A stretch of DNA of 64,000 nt from Alphaproteobacteria bacterium (GCA_964291285.2 OZ219788.1:288001-352000); one strand, 5' to 3'. Shown: positions 1 through 10,367, counted from the stretch's first letter. Notes: generated by a model from the letters alone, not told the origin. Made by a program: numbers and translations.

Positions 1-348
1 ACGCAAGGTCGGTCGCTGGAAAGCATGCTCCAGGAAGTCAATCCGCTCCTCCGGGGATGGGCCAACTACTACCGATACTGCATCGGTGCGAAGCGCATTC
101 TGTGCGCTCTGGACCGGTATGTGGGCCATCGGCTCTGGCTGTGGCTACGGAGTAAGCACAAGCGCGTTCCCACGAGGAGGCTGTCCAAGATATGGCTCCG
201 GCGTAGCCGGGTCCATCCGGGCACTCGTGCCTGGGCCGAGGGCGGCGTTGAGCAATACCTCATGGCCTACGTTCGGGTCGCGCGGTTCGAGCTCAAATGG
301 ATGAGGTCTCCCGACTTCGCGAAAGCCTTTGGAGAGCCGGATGCATAA
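1..348 (+). CDS. ltrA: Group II intron reverse transcriptase/maturase, C-terminal (X/thumb) part; 5' end outside the window
   Basis: Maturase motif VNPLLRGWANYY; the ORF runs into domain V and ends FGEPDA*; no endonuclease domain. Confidence 0.9.
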   Translation, partial: TQGRSLESMLQEVNPLLRGWANYYRYCIGAKRILCALDRYVGHRLWLWLRSKHKRVPTRRLSKIWLRRSRVHPGTRAWAEGGVEQYLMAYVRVARFELKWMRSPDFAKAFGEPDA

Positions 349-432
349 CGAAAGGTGCACGTCCGGTTCGGAGGGCGGGCCGAAGAAACCCGGCGGCCGT
401 AAGGCCGACAGGGCGCTTCGGTCCGACCCTAT
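334..432 (+). ncRNA. Group II intron domains V and VI and 3' splice site
   Basis: DV GAGCCGGATGCATAACGAAAGGTGCACGTCCGGTTC (334-369, AGC triad), then a DVI hairpin ending GACCCTAT (AY terminus at 431-432). Confidence 0.9.
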
Positions 433-472
433 GGCTGTGGCGGAACACGAAGCCGTAGATCGTCTTTTCCAT
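433..472 (-). pseudogene. First 13 codons of a probable ABC transporter gene, interrupted by the intron
   Basis: ATG at 472 reads MEKTIYGFVFRHS and meets the intron 3' end; resembles the N-terminus of the ABC transporters I recall beside this glycosyltransferase operon. Confidence 0.55.
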
Positions 473-604
473 GCCGGCTGGCTCCCGCGCCCGGACCGAT
501 GCCCGCATCATGGGCCTATCCGGGGCAATTGAAAGTGCGGCTCGCGCACACGACATTCACATTCAGTGGAGCGGCGGCGCCGGAGATATGCGATAGTCGG
601 GGTC

Positions 605-1810
605 ATGCGGGGCAAGCGTATCCTCATCTACAGCCATGACAGCTTCGGGCTCGGCCATCTGCGCCGCTGCCGGACGATCGCGCATGCGCTGGTCGGCAGG
701 CGCCGGGACCTCTCGGTGCTGATCCTCTCCGGCTCGCCGATCATCGGCAGCTTCGACTTCCGCACCCGCGTCGACTTCGTCCGCGTGCCGGGCATGATCA
801 AGCTGCGCAACGGCGACTACACGCCGCTTAATCTAAACATGGCTCCGGAAGAGACGCTGGCGATGCGCGCCTCGATCATCCGCCACACGGCGGAGATCTT
901 CGACCCGGACCTGTTCCTGGTGGACAAGGAGCCGCTCGGCCTGCGCGGCGAGGTGGCCGAGACGCTGGGCATCCTGCGCCGGCGGGGTACGCGCCTCGTG
1001 CTCGGCCTGCGCGACGTGATGGACGAGCCGGAAATGCTGGCGCCGGAATGGGAGCGCAAGAACGTCGCCCCGGCGCTCTCGCGGCTCTACGACCAGATCT
1101 GGATATACGGCCTGCCGCAGATCTGCGACCCGCTGGACGGCCTCGGCCTGTCGGAGACGGTGCAGCGCAAGGCGGTCTATACCGGCTACCTGCCGCGCAG
1201 CGTACCGGATGCGCCGCTCTCGCCGGAAGCCGAGCGCGCGGCGGACGAACCGTTCGTGCTGGTGACGGCCGGCGGCGGCGGCGACGGCGACGAGCTGATC
1301 GACTGGGTGCTGCGCGCCTATGAGCAGGCAGGGCCGATGCCATGGCGGGCCGTGCTGGTGTTCGGGCCCTTCATGCCCTCGGAGCGCCAGGCGGAGTTCC
1401 GCCAGCGGGCGGCGGCGCTGCCGCAGGTCTCGACGCTCGTGTTCGACGCGCATCTGGAAGCCCTGATGGAGCGGGCCGCCGGCGTGGTCGCCATGGGCGG
1501 CTACAACACCTTCTGCGAGATCCTCTCGCTCGACAAGCCGGCCGTGATCGTGCCGCGCACTCGGCCCCGGCTGGAGCAGCGCATCCGCGCCGAGCGCGCC
1601 CAGGAACTCGGCCTCGTGCGGATGCTCGATCCCGACTTCCTCGCCGACACCCGCGCCATGGCGGCGGCGATTCGGAACCTCGCCGTGCAGAACCGTCCGT
1701 CCGAAGTGGTCGTGCCGGGCCTGATGGACGGCGTGGAGAGCATCGCGCGGCTCACCGACCTGGCGTTGGAGCGGCCGGCAGCCGAGCCGCTCAGGCTTGT
1801 GCAGCCTTGA
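605..1810 (+). CDS. Predicted glycosyltransferase (GT-B fold, GT28 C-terminal-like)
   Basis: YSHDSFGLGHLRR, TAGGGGDG and MGGYNT motifs. Confidence 0.85.
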   Translation: MRGKRILIYSHDSFGLGHLRRCRTIAHALVGRRRDLSVLILSGSPIIGSFDFRTRVDFVRVPGMIKLRNGDYTPLNLNMAPEETLAMRASIIRHTAEIFDPDLFLVDKEPLGLRGEVAETLGILRRRGTRLVLGLRDVMDEPEMLAPEWERKNVAPALSRLYDQIWIYGLPQICDPLDGLGLSETVQRKAVYTGYLPRSVPDAPLSPEAERAADEPFVLVTAGGGGDGDELIDWVLRAYEQAGPMPWRAVLVFGPFMPSERQAEFRQRAAALPQVSTLVFDAHLEALMERAAGVVAMGGYNTFCEILSLDKPAVIVPRTRPRLEQRIRAERAQELGLVRMLDPDFLADTRAMAAAIRNLAVQNRPSEVVVPGLMDGVESIARLTDLALERPAAEPLRLVQP

Positions 1811-3039
1811 CCGTCGCGGTCATCGTCAAGGGCTATCCGCGCCTCTCCGAGACCTTTATCGCACAGGAAATCCTGGGGCTGGAGGAACGCGGCGTCGCGC
1901 AGCGCATCGTCTCGCTGCGCCACCCGACCGATCCGGCGCACCACCCGATGCACGAGCGGATCGCGGCGCCCGTCCACTACCTGCCGGAATATGTCCGCGA
2001 GGAGCCGCTCCGCGTCTGGCGGGGCTGGCGGCGGGCGCGCCGGCTGCCGGGCTACCGCGCCGCACGTGCCGCCTGGCTCCGCGACTGGCGGCGCGACCCG
2101 ACGCCGAACCGGGGGCGGCGCTTCGCCCAGGCAGCGGTACTGGCGGCGGAACTGCCGGAGGACGTCGAGCGCTTCCATGTGCATTTCCTGCACACGCCCG
2201 CCTCGGTCGCCCGCTATGCGAGCCTGATGACCGGCCTGCCTTGGTCCTGCTCGGCCCATGCCAAGGACATCTGGACGACGCCCGAATGGGAGAAGCGCGA
2301 GAAGATCGCGGCGTGCGAGTGGCTGGTGACCTGTACCGGGTCCGGTGCGGCGCATCTGGCGTCGCTTGCGCCCGAGCCCGAGCGGGTGATGCTGGTCTAT
2401 CACGGCCTCGACCTCGGGCGCTTTCCTCCGCCGCCGGAGCGCGAGGCGCCCGACGGCAGCGACCCGGCCCGGCCCGTGGTCATCGCGTCGGTCGGCCGCG
2501 CAGTGGAGAAGAAAGGCTACGACGCGCTGCTCGCGGCGTTGCGCCTGCTGCCGCCGGAGCTGCATTGGCGCTTCGTGCATATCGGCGGCGGCAAGCTCGC
2601 CGGGCGGCTGGAGCGGGCGGCGGCGGACCTGCCGGCCCGGTTCCTCGGCGCGCAGCCGCAGGAGAGGGTGGTGGAGGAGCTCCGCAAGGCGGACCTTTTC
2701 GCGCTCGCCTGCCGGATAGCCCCCGACGGCGACCGCGACGGCCTGCCCAATGTGCTGATGGAGGCGGCCTCGCAGGGCCTGCCGGCCGTTTCCACGCGGG
2801 TCTCGGCAGTGCCCGAGTTCGTACGCGCCGGCGAGACCGGGCTGCTGGTCGAGCCGGAGGATCCGCAGGCCTTTGCGGCGGCGCTCGCCGCGCTCATCCG
2901 CAACCCGGCGGAAAGGGCCGCCATGGGCCGGGCGGCCCATGTGCGCGTCCGTACGGCCTTTTCCTTCGAGGCCGGCATCGACCGGCTCGCCGAGCGCTTC
3001 GAGTCGCCGACATGCGCATCGCGTTCTATGCGCCGCTGA
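1807..3039 (+). CDS. Glycosyltransferase family 4
   Basis: TTG start overlaps the upstream stop; KGYPRLSETFI, VGRAVEKKG, DGLPNVLMEA. Confidence 0.88.
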   Translation: MTVAVIVKGYPRLSETFIAQEILGLEERGVAQRIVSLRHPTDPAHHPMHERIAAPVHYLPEYVREEPLRVWRGWRRARRLPGYRAARAAWLRDWRRDPTPNRGRRFAQAAVLAAELPEDVERFHVHFLHTPASVARYASLMTGLPWSCSAHAKDIWTTPEWEKREKIAACEWLVTCTGSGAAHLASLAPEPERVMLVYHGLDLGRFPPPPEREAPDGSDPARPVVIASVGRAVEKKGYDALLAALRLLPPELHWRFVHIGGGKLAGRLERAAADLPARFLGAQPQERVVEELRKADLFALACRIAPDGDRDGLPNVLMEAASQGLPAVSTRVSAVPEFVRAGETGLLVEPEDPQAFAAALAALIRNPAERAAMGRAAHVRVRTAFSFEAGIDRLAERFESPTCASRSMRR

Positions 3040-4055
3040 AGCCGCCCGACCATCCCGTGCCTTCGGGCGAAAGGCAGATTGCGCGGCTCTTCCTGCGCGC
3101 GCTGGAGGCGGCCGGCCACAAGCCTTTCCTCGCCTCGCGCTTCCGCCCGCTGGACAAGCGGGGCGACCCCCGTCGCCAGCAACGCCTCGGGGCGCTCGGG
3201 GAGAGGCTCGCCGGGCGCCTGGAGGCGCGCCTGCCCGCCTTCGACGTCTGGTTCACCTATCATCTCTACTACAAGGCGCCGGACTGGCTCGGCCCCCGCC
3301 TCGCGGCGGCGCGCGGGGCGGCCTACTGGGTGGCGGAAGCATCCCACGCACCGAAGCGCGCCGGCGGCCCCTGGGATCTCGGGCACCGCGCCGTCGCGGA
3401 AGCCATAGCTCGCGCGGACCGGCTGTTCTGTCTCAACCCCAATGATCGCGCTTGCCTCGCGCAACTCGTCTCCCCGGAGCGTATGACCGATCTTCCGCCT
3501 TTTCTGGATGCGTCGGCGTGGCGGGCAGCGTCCTGCGTCGGCGACCCGCCCATGCTTGTCACCGTGGCGATGATGCGCGAGGGTGCCAAGCTTGCCTCAT
3601 ACCGCAGGCTGGGCGCGGCGCTGGCGGCGCTGGACGACCTGCCCTGGCGGCTGCTCGTTGTGGGCGACGGGCCGGCGCGCGAGCAGGTCGAGGCGGCATT
3701 GCCGGCCGGGCGCACCTGTTGGCTCGGGAGGCGGAGCGAAGCGGAACTGCCCGCCATTCTGGCGAATGCGGACCTCTTCGTCTGGCCGGCGGAGCGCGAG
3801 GCCATCGGCATGGCCCTGCTGGAGGCAGCGGCCGCCGGCCTGCCGGTCGTTGCGGCGGAAACGGACGGCGTGCCGGCGGTGGTGTCGCATGGCGAAACCG
3901 GCCTGCTGGCGCCGCCGGGCGACGCGGCCGCCTTGGCCGATGGCCTGCGGGCGCTGCTGACGGACCCGGACCGGCGCCGCGAAATGGGCGGGGCGGCCAG
4001 GAAGCGTGTGCTCGCGCGCCACGACATCGCTCAGGCGGCAGCGGCGCTGGCATGA
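3012..4055 (+). CDS. Glycosyltransferase family 4
   Basis: MRIAFYAPLKPPDHPVPSG start; EAIGMALLEA (Ex7E) motif. Confidence 0.88.
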   Translation: MRIAFYAPLKPPDHPVPSGERQIARLFLRALEAAGHKPFLASRFRPLDKRGDPRRQQRLGALGERLAGRLEARLPAFDVWFTYHLYYKAPDWLGPRLAAARGAAYWVAEASHAPKRAGGPWDLGHRAVAEAIARADRLFCLNPNDRACLAQLVSPERMTDLPPFLDASAWRAASCVGDPPMLVTVAMMREGAKLASYRRLGAALAALDDLPWRLLVVGDGPAREQVEAALPAGRTCWLGRRSEAELPAILANADLFVWPAEREAIGMALLEAAAAGLPVVAAETDGVPAVVSHGETGLLAPPGDAAALADGLRALLTDPDRRREMGGAARKRVLARHDIAQAAAALA

Positions 4056-4639
4056 CGCTCCTCGCCCTCATCCGGCACGGTCCGACCGCCTGGAACCGGG
4101 AAAGGCGGGTTCAGGGGCGCCGCGACATTCCCCTCGATGCCAAGGGCGTGGCGGAGGTTGCGTGCTGGAAACTACCGCCGGCCTTCTCCTCCTTCGACTG
4201 GGCAGCGAGCCCGCTTGCCCGCGCGCGGCGCACGGCGGCCGTGCTGGCCGGCGGCGCGGTTCCATCTGCGCAGGCGCTCATCGAGATGGACTGGGGTGCG
4301 TGGGAGGGGCGGCGGCTGGCGGAGCTCCGCGCCGAACTCGGGCCTGAGATGGCCGAAAACGAGGCGCGCGGCCTCGACTTCCTGCCGCCCGGCGGCGAGA
4401 GCCCGCGCATGGTCCAGCGCCGTCTTGCGCCCTGGCTTGAGAACATCGCCCGCCGCGGCCGGCCGACGGTCGCGGTCGCGCATCGCGGCGTAATTCGCGC
4501 GCTCTACGCCGCAGCCGCCGGATGGGACATGCTGGAGCGGCCGCCCCGCGCACTCTCCTCGCCGGCGGCGCATCTGTTCGAAGTCGCGCCGGGCGGGCGG
4601 CTGCGGCTCCGCTGTCTCGATGTGCAGGCATTCCGATGA
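4052..4639 (+). CDS. Histidine phosphatase (phosphoglycerate mutase family)
   Basis: LIRHG motif, GGES, VAHRG; ATGA overlap with the previous gene. Confidence 0.9.
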   Translation: MTLLALIRHGPTAWNRERRVQGRRDIPLDAKGVAEVACWKLPPAFSSFDWAASPLARARRTAAVLAGGAVPSAQALIEMDWGAWEGRRLAELRAELGPEMAENEARGLDFLPPGGESPRMVQRRLAPWLENIARRGRPTVAVAHRGVIRALYAAAAGWDMLERPPRALSSPAAHLFEVAPGGRLRLRCLDVQAFR

Positions 4640-5766
4640 AGGTCTTCTTCTGGGTCCAGCACCTGCTCGGCATCGGCCATCTGCGCCGCACGCTGTCGCT
4701 GGCGAGGGCGGCGGCCGCGGCCGGCATCGAAACCGTCGTCGCCTCGGGCGGCCTGCCGGTGCCCGGGGCCGACCCCGGCGGGGCAAAGCTCGTGCAGCTT
4801 CCACCGGTGCGCGCCGTGGACCGCTATTTCAAGCAATTGGCGGACGAGCGGGGCCGCCCTATCGACGATGCCTGGCGCGGCAGGCGGCGGGCGGCGCTGT
4901 TCGAGGCCTATGACGCGGCGCGGCCGGACGCCCTGGTTACGGAGCTGTTTCCCTTCGGCCGCCGGCAATTGCGCTTCGAGTTGGAGCCGCTGCTGGCGCG
5001 GGCGAAGGCCGACGGCTGCACGACCGTCTCCTCGGTGCGCGACATTCTGGTTGAGCCGGACAAGCCCGAACGCATCGGCGAGATGCTGGAGCGGGTAAAG
5101 CGCTGGTACGATCTGGTGCTGGTCCACGGCGACCCGGCCTTCGTGCCGTTCGATGTGACCTTTCCGGGCCTCGACGAGATCGCGCCGCTCGTGCGCTATA
5201 CCGGCTACACGGTGGACCGGGCGGAGGCCCCGCCCTGCGGTGACGGGGAGGGCGAGGTTCTGGTCTCGGCCGGTGGCGGAGCGGTCGGCGAGCCGCTGCT
5301 GCGCGCCGCGCTTGCCGCCCGCCCGCTCTCGGCCGCCCGCGACCGCCGCTGGCGCTTCCTCGTCGGCGAGGGGCTGCCGGACGCCGTGTTTTCCGACCTC
5401 GCGCACGCCGCGCCCTCCGGCGTCATCGTGGAGCGCGCCCGGCCCGACTTCCAGGGGCTGCTCGCCCGCGCGCATCTCTCGGTCTCCCAGGGCGGCTACA
5501 ACACGGTGATGGAGGTGCTGGCGGCGGGGCTCCGCGCTGTCGTCGCGCCCTATGCGGGCGGGCATGAGAGCGAACAGACCCTGCGCGCCCATGCGCTGGC
5601 GGAGCGCGGGGCCTTGCAGGTCGTGGCCGAGGATGACCTGTCGCCGGAGCGCCTGGCCGCCGCCATAGACAGGGCGCTCGCCGGCCCGCCGCTTTCCACC
5701 GCCGGTATCGACCTCGGCGGCATTGCGGCGACGATCGCCCTGTTGCAGGGCCTCGATGGCCGCTGA
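4636..5766 (+). CDS. Predicted glycosyltransferase (GT28 C-terminal-like)
   Basis: VQHLLGIGHL, SAGGGAVG, SQGGYNT; paralogous to 605-1810. Confidence 0.85.
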   Translation: MKVFFWVQHLLGIGHLRRTLSLARAAAAAGIETVVASGGLPVPGADPGGAKLVQLPPVRAVDRYFKQLADERGRPIDDAWRGRRRAALFEAYDAARPDALVTELFPFGRRQLRFELEPLLARAKADGCTTVSSVRDILVEPDKPERIGEMLERVKRWYDLVLVHGDPAFVPFDVTFPGLDEIAPLVRYTGYTVDRAEAPPCGDGEGEVLVSAGGGAVGEPLLRAALAARPLSAARDRRWRFLVGEGLPDAVFSDLAHAAPSGVIVERARPDFQGLLARAHLSVSQGGYNTVMEVLAAGLRAVVAPYAGGHESEQTLRAHALAERGALQVVAEDDLSPERLAAAIDRALAGPPLSTAGIDLGGIAATIALLQGLDGR

Positions 5767-6466
5767 CCCCTGGCAGGCGCTGGCCGGCGAGCTCGACCTG
5801 TGGCCGGAGCCCGCGGACTTCTGGTGGCGCGATGACGACGCCGCGGCCTGGTCGCCCGCGCTGGAACGGCTGGTCGAAGCGCTGGACGGCGTTCCCTTTG
5901 CACTTGCGGCCGTCCCGGCGGAAGCCGCCGCAGACCTGCCGGGCGCGATCCTCCAGCATGGATGGCGGCACGGGAACCATGCCGGCCCGGCGGAGAAGAA
6001 AGCGGAGTTCGGTCCCCACAGGCCGCAGGAAACCATGCTGGTCGAGCTCGAAGCCGGCCGCGAGCGGCTCAAGGCGCTTTACGACCGGCGCTTCCTGCCG
6101 GTTTTGGTTCCGCCCTGGAACCGGATCGACCCGGCGCTGGCGGCGCGGCTGCCGGGGGCGGGCTGGCAGGGCCTCTCCGTTTTCCGCCCGCGCCGAAGCC
6201 CGTTCGAGACCAATGCCCATGTCGATCCGGTCGCCTGGCGCACCCATCGCGGCTTTCGCGGCGAGGCTGAGGTGCTCGACGACATCGCCGCCCATCTCCG
6301 CGCCCGGCGGACGGGAACGGCCGATCGGGGCGAGCCGACGGGTATCCTCTCCCACCACCTCGTCGCCGACGAGGCGGGGTTCGCCTTCTTCCGCGAACTC
6401 GCCCGCTTCGTCGCGGCTCATCCCCGCGCCGGCTGGCGGGACCCGGCAACGCTCTGGCCGGGCTGA
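5756..6466 (+). CDS. Polysaccharide deacetylase-like protein
   Basis: WWRDDDA, QHGWRH, VPPWNR, LSHH motifs. Confidence 0.75.
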   Translation: MAADPWQALAGELDLWPEPADFWWRDDDAAAWSPALERLVEALDGVPFALAAVPAEAAADLPGAILQHGWRHGNHAGPAEKKAEFGPHRPQETMLVELEAGRERLKALYDRRFLPVLVPPWNRIDPALAARLPGAGWQGLSVFRPRRSPFETNAHVDPVAWRTHRGFRGEAEVLDDIAAHLRARRTGTADRGEPTGILSHHLVADEAGFAFFRELARFVAAHPRAGWRDPATLWPG

Positions 6467-6588
6467 AACATCCGGGCCAAGTTGCAGTTTCCTGTCGAAC
6501 CGCTGTATCTCTCACCCCACGCATCGTCCTGCGGATAATCTGCGGCTCGTCGGGCAGACCCGACGCCAAACCCTGCGAGGCCGGTCCT

Positions 6589-7047
6589 ATGCAAATGACG
6601 CGATACAGCGATTACTCCCTGAGGACGCTCATCTATCTCGGCCTCCACCGCGACCGGCGCTGCACGATCCGGGAAATCGCCGACGCCTACGGCATTTCGG
6701 AAAACCACCTGATGAAACTTGTCCACCAGCTCGGCCGGGAGGGATTCGTCAGGACGACCCGGGGGAAGAACGGCGGCCTCGAACTCGCCCGCCCGGCGCG
6801 CGAGATCGGCGTGGGCGCGGTGTTTCGCGCGATGGAGGGGAACTTCCATCTGGTCGAGTGTTTCAAGGAAGACGGGAACACCTGCCCGATCGCGGGGCCC
6901 TGCGTGTTGAGCCGGGTCCTCGACGAGGCCCTGCAAGCCTTCCTGGAGGTCCTCGACCGGCACACGCTCGAGGACCTTCTGGCCCCGTCGCATGCGCTCG
7001 GCCGCATATTCGCGGCCAGGCAGGAAGCCGCAATCCGTCTGCAATAG
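6589..7047 (+). CDS. nsrR: Rrf2-family regulator, NsrR-like
   Basis: MQMTRYSDYSLR, ISENHLMK, RGKNGGL and three Fe-S cysteines in ECFKEDGNTCPIAGPC. Confidence 0.8.
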   Translation: MQMTRYSDYSLRTLIYLGLHRDRRCTIREIADAYGISENHLMKLVHQLGREGFVRTTRGKNGGLELARPAREIGVGAVFRAMEGNFHLVECFKEDGNTCPIAGPCVLSRVLDEALQAFLEVLDRHTLEDLLAPSHALGRIFAARQEAAIRLQ

Positions 7048-7078
7048 GCACCTCCGTCACCCCACTTCGTCCCGCTAG

Positions 7079-9092
7079 CCCGACTTCCGCAACTCGGGGG
7101 TCATGAGGATGCTAACTCATTGAATAGCCTTGATCGTCTCCCCGAGGGTCGGCACTACAAGGCGGCGAACGGAGAGGCGGCGCCGTGTGCCGTCAGGCGG
7201 AGATCCGGGGTGCGGGTTGCTGCGGCCAGGTCATGCCGAGCTGTTGCAGCAGTAGCTCGTGCTCCTTGTTCGGCCGGGTGTGGCGCGGCAGGACGAGGTG
7301 CCGGCCGTCGGTGGTTGGCAGATGGACGTCCACCATCTGGATGGTGGCGAAGGCCTCAAGGATGGCGCGTGGGGTGAGGCCCGGGGCGCGCGGCCGGGCG
7401 AGGTTCTTCAGGGTCACCAGCAGGCAGTAGGCGATGAACGAGACGAAGATATGCGCCTCGATGCGCTCTTGGCGCTGATGGAAGATGGGGCGGATCGCGA
7501 GGTCGTGCTTGAGTTCCTTGAACGCCTGCTCGATCTCGACGAGCTGCATGTACAGATGCCACAGCGTGGCGGGGTCTTCGGCGACCATGTTGGATCGCAG
7601 CAGGTAACGGCCCTCGCGGCGGCGGACCTGGCGCAGCCGGTCGCGCTGCAGGCGGAATGAGAAGCCGTTGGCGGCGAGTTCGCTGTCGGTCCCGGGCACG
7701 GTGATGTCGACCAGGCTCCAGGCCCGGCCGGCCTCCTTCCTGGCGGCGCCGAGCTTGAGCAACAACTGATCCCGGCTGTTCGACTGCCCTTGCAACTCGG
7801 CCAATCGACGCCACAGCCTCTTCAGCCGGCGCCGGCGCATGCCGCGTTCCTTCACCTGCCGCCCCTCGCTGCGCACCAGGACGTAGAGCTCGCCATCCTC
7901 GACCAGAAGCTTGACAGTCACGGACTGGCGCACCTCCTGCCAGGGCAGGCCCAGGAACACCTTCTCGAGCCGCGTCAGCCGGCCCTTGGGCGTGCCCACC
8001 AGGTAGCGCACCGGCGCCTCGCCCTCGCGCATCGCGGCCAGCGTCTCCTCGGTGGGGATGCCGCGGTCCATGATCCACACCCGCTCGGAGCGGCCATACT
8101 GATCCTCGATCTTCTTGAGGAACGCCGCCAGCGTGGTGTCGTCGGAGGTGTTGCCCGGCATCACCTCATAGGCCAGCGGAAAGCCCTGCGGCGTAACGAT
8201 CAGGGCGATCACCACCTGCACGCAGTCGGGCCGCTTGTCCCGGCTGTAGCCGAAGCGGCGCTTGTCATCGAACGGCGGATCGCTCTCGAAGTAGGTCGAG
8301 GTCAGGTCGTAGAGCAGCACGTCGAAGCGCGCCTCGAACAGCGTCGCCCAGCGGTCGCGCAGAAACGAGAAGAAGCCCTGCTTGTGCGCCAGCAGCTTGT
8401 CGAGACAGCGATAGAGTGTGTCGTCGGCGATCGCCCGCTCGCCACCCAGAAGATCGCGAAGCGCGCTGTGCTCATACCAGTGACGGTGAAGGCGCCACTC
8501 GCTGCCCGGGTCGATCAGCCGGTAGCAGACCTGGATCTTCAGGATGTCCAGCCACCGCGTGCCTTGCCGGCTCGCCGGCAGCCGCTCTTCCCAGAAGCGG
8601 TCCAGGTCCAGGCGGTCCCACAAGGACAGCGCCAGCCAGCACGCCCCCCACTGGCGCGGGTCGTGAAGCGCCACCTGCGAGAGGTCGATCTTCACCACTT
8701 CGCAAGTCAGCGCCGGCGCCTCCCGGTCCTCGGGAAACAGCGCCATCTGCCGTGATCGCGACTTGCCCTTCACCACCTCGATCGAGCGGCACCACGCCGC
8801 TCGCTGGCTGTCGTTGATCTCCCCGAGATAGAGCACCTGACGCTGAACAACCCGACCGCCGTGGACCCGGACGTTCTCCACAACGCTCCAGTAGCGGTGC
8901 TCCTTGCCGTCCTTGAAGCGTCTCTTGCAGCGCACGAACATCAGCGCAGCGTCCGGATCTTCGCCAGCCCGATCAAGGGGGTAGGTCGGCACTACAAGCC
9001 GGTCCCGAGAGGTACTGCACCGAAATCCGACACTTCTCGCGCCGGAAAACCGTCAAATCAGTCGATTCTCAAGCCGAGTTGCGGAAGTCGGG
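7079..9092 (-). mobile_element. IS1634-family element (type A)
   Basis: Perfect 19-bp TIR CCCGACTTCCGCAACTCGG (7079-7097 / 9074-9092) around a transposase; no clean TSD (CTAG vs ATAG). Confidence 0.88.
7193..8941 (-). CDS. IS1634-family DDE transposase
   Basis: YDLTSTYFE, GYSRDKRPD, MDRG, IEQAFKELK, IRPIFHQ. Confidence 0.9.
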   Translation of the reverse strand: MFVRCKRRFKDGKEHRYWSVVENVRVHGGRVVQRQVLYLGEINDSQRAAWCRSIEVVKGKSRSRQMALFPEDREAPALTCEVVKIDLSQVALHDPRQWGACWLALSLWDRLDLDRFWEERLPASRQGTRWLDILKIQVCYRLIDPGSEWRLHRHWYEHSALRDLLGGERAIADDTLYRCLDKLLAHKQGFFSFLRDRWATLFEARFDVLLYDLTSTYFESDPPFDDKRRFGYSRDKRPDCVQVVIALIVTPQGFPLAYEVMPGNTSDDTTLAAFLKKIEDQYGRSERVWIMDRGIPTEETLAAMREGEAPVRYLVGTPKGRLTRLEKVFLGLPWQEVRQSVTVKLLVEDGELYVLVRSEGRQVKERGMRRRRLKRLWRRLAELQGQSNSRDQLLLKLGAARKEAGRAWSLVDITVPGTDSELAANGFSFRLQRDRLRQVRRREGRYLLRSNMVAEDPATLWHLYMQLVEIEQAFKELKHDLAIRPIFHQRQERIEAHIFVSFIAYCLLVTLKNLARPRAPGLTPRAILEAFATIQMVDVHLPTTDGRHLVLPRHTRPNKEHELLLQQLGMTWPQQPAPRISA

Positions 9093-9123
9093 ATAGCGAC
9101 ACAGTCGCGCCGGCGGGCGGCTG

Positions 9124-9321
9124 TCAGTGCATCAGGCGCGGACGGTCCGCCGTGTCCTGCCCGGAGAAGCGGAGGACCGTCCGGCACGGCCGGTCCGCAT
9201 CCACGGCAGTGCTTTCGCAAGGCGGGTCTTCTTTCGACGAGGACTGCGTCCGGTAGGAGCGCGACGCGGAGACGAGCAGGGCGGCGAGGGTCTTCGAGTC
9301 GATATTTCTCAAGGTGAACAT
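9124..9321 (-). CDS. Small hypothetical protein
   Basis: 65-aa ORF with ATG start; no recognisable motif. Confidence 0.3.
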   Translation of the reverse strand: MFTLRNIDSKTLAALLVSASRSYRTQSSSKEDPPCESTAVDADRPCRTVLRFSGQDTADRPRLMH

Positions 9322-9391
9322 GGCGGGGCCTACAGATCGGAGCCGCCGTCCTCCCCGGCGCCCATTGTTTCGTGCCTGTGGAAATCCGTTC

Positions 9392-9421
9392 CTTCCGGAG
9401 GCGGCGTGCCGCCTCCGGAAG
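9392..9421 (-). terminator. Strong hairpin just downstream of the porin stop codon
   Basis: Perfect inverted repeat CTTCCGGAGGCGGC-GT-GCCGCCTCCGGAAG; no clear U-tract. Confidence 0.5.
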
Positions 9422-10367
9422 TTATCCGCCGGCCTCCCTAGAACTCGGCGGCGAGCTGCAGGGTGACGGTGCTGCCGCTCTTGCCGGTGCCGCAGGCTGG
9501 AGCATATCCTCCCTCATCGTCCTCCCCGCCTGTGCAGGCGCCCGCACCGTAGTCGTTGTGGCGAGCATATTCGAGCGCGACGCCGACGCCCTCTACAAGT
9601 TCGGTGGAGAAACCGAACAGGACGCGGCTCTCGGGCATTTCCAGACCGACCGCCTCCCGGGTGCGCTGCCAGCCGGCGGCGAATACGACTTCCCGGTCGC
9701 CCATCTCCAAGGCGTAATACCAGCGGGCATAGTTCAGAACCCATTGGCCCATTTTCGGGTTCCGATGGAGGCGATGCGTTCTGGTTGTGAGACGAGATTG
9801 TTCCAGGCCTGGCAGCAGTGATCGAGTATGTCGTCGTAGTTCTGGAAGACGCGGTTCGAGAGCCAATTTTCGCGCATGAACTGCCAGACATTCTCGACGG
9901 GATTGAGCTCGGGGGACCGGGGCGGGAGCGGCATCAGGGTTATGTTGTCGGGGACTTTGAGGGCCGGGGATGTGTGCCATCCGGCCCGGTCGAGCATGAC
10001 GAGGGCATGGGCTCCGGGTTCAACGGTGAGGGCGACCTCGGCGAGGTGGGCGTTGAGTGCCTCCGTGTTGGCGTGGGGCATGACGAGGCCGGCGGCCTTG
10101 CCCTTCTGCGGGCATATGGCGCCGAAGATGTAGGCCGAGATGGTTCTCTGGTCCTTGGGCGCTGACGGTCGGGTGCCGCGTTTAGCCCATCGCCGGGTGA
10201 TCTTGTTCTTCTGCCCGACGCGCGCCTCGTCCTGCCACCAGACTTCGACCTCGACGCCGTCGCCGAGTGCAGCGCGGATCTCCTTCAGGCGGTCGGGGAA
10301 GTTTTTTTGAACCCTGCCAGCGCGGCTTCGTCCTGGGCATAGTGGCGCGGGCGCGCAGAGAGCTTGG

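Noticed and set aside
6467-6588. NsrR operator upstream of nsrR
   Set aside because: No convincing GATG-N11-CATC-type inverted repeat seen
6815-6823. Another GCGCGGTGT, in nsrR (also at 62902-62910)
   Set aside because: No junction or compositional break at the motif; shows the 9-mer alone is not diagnostic
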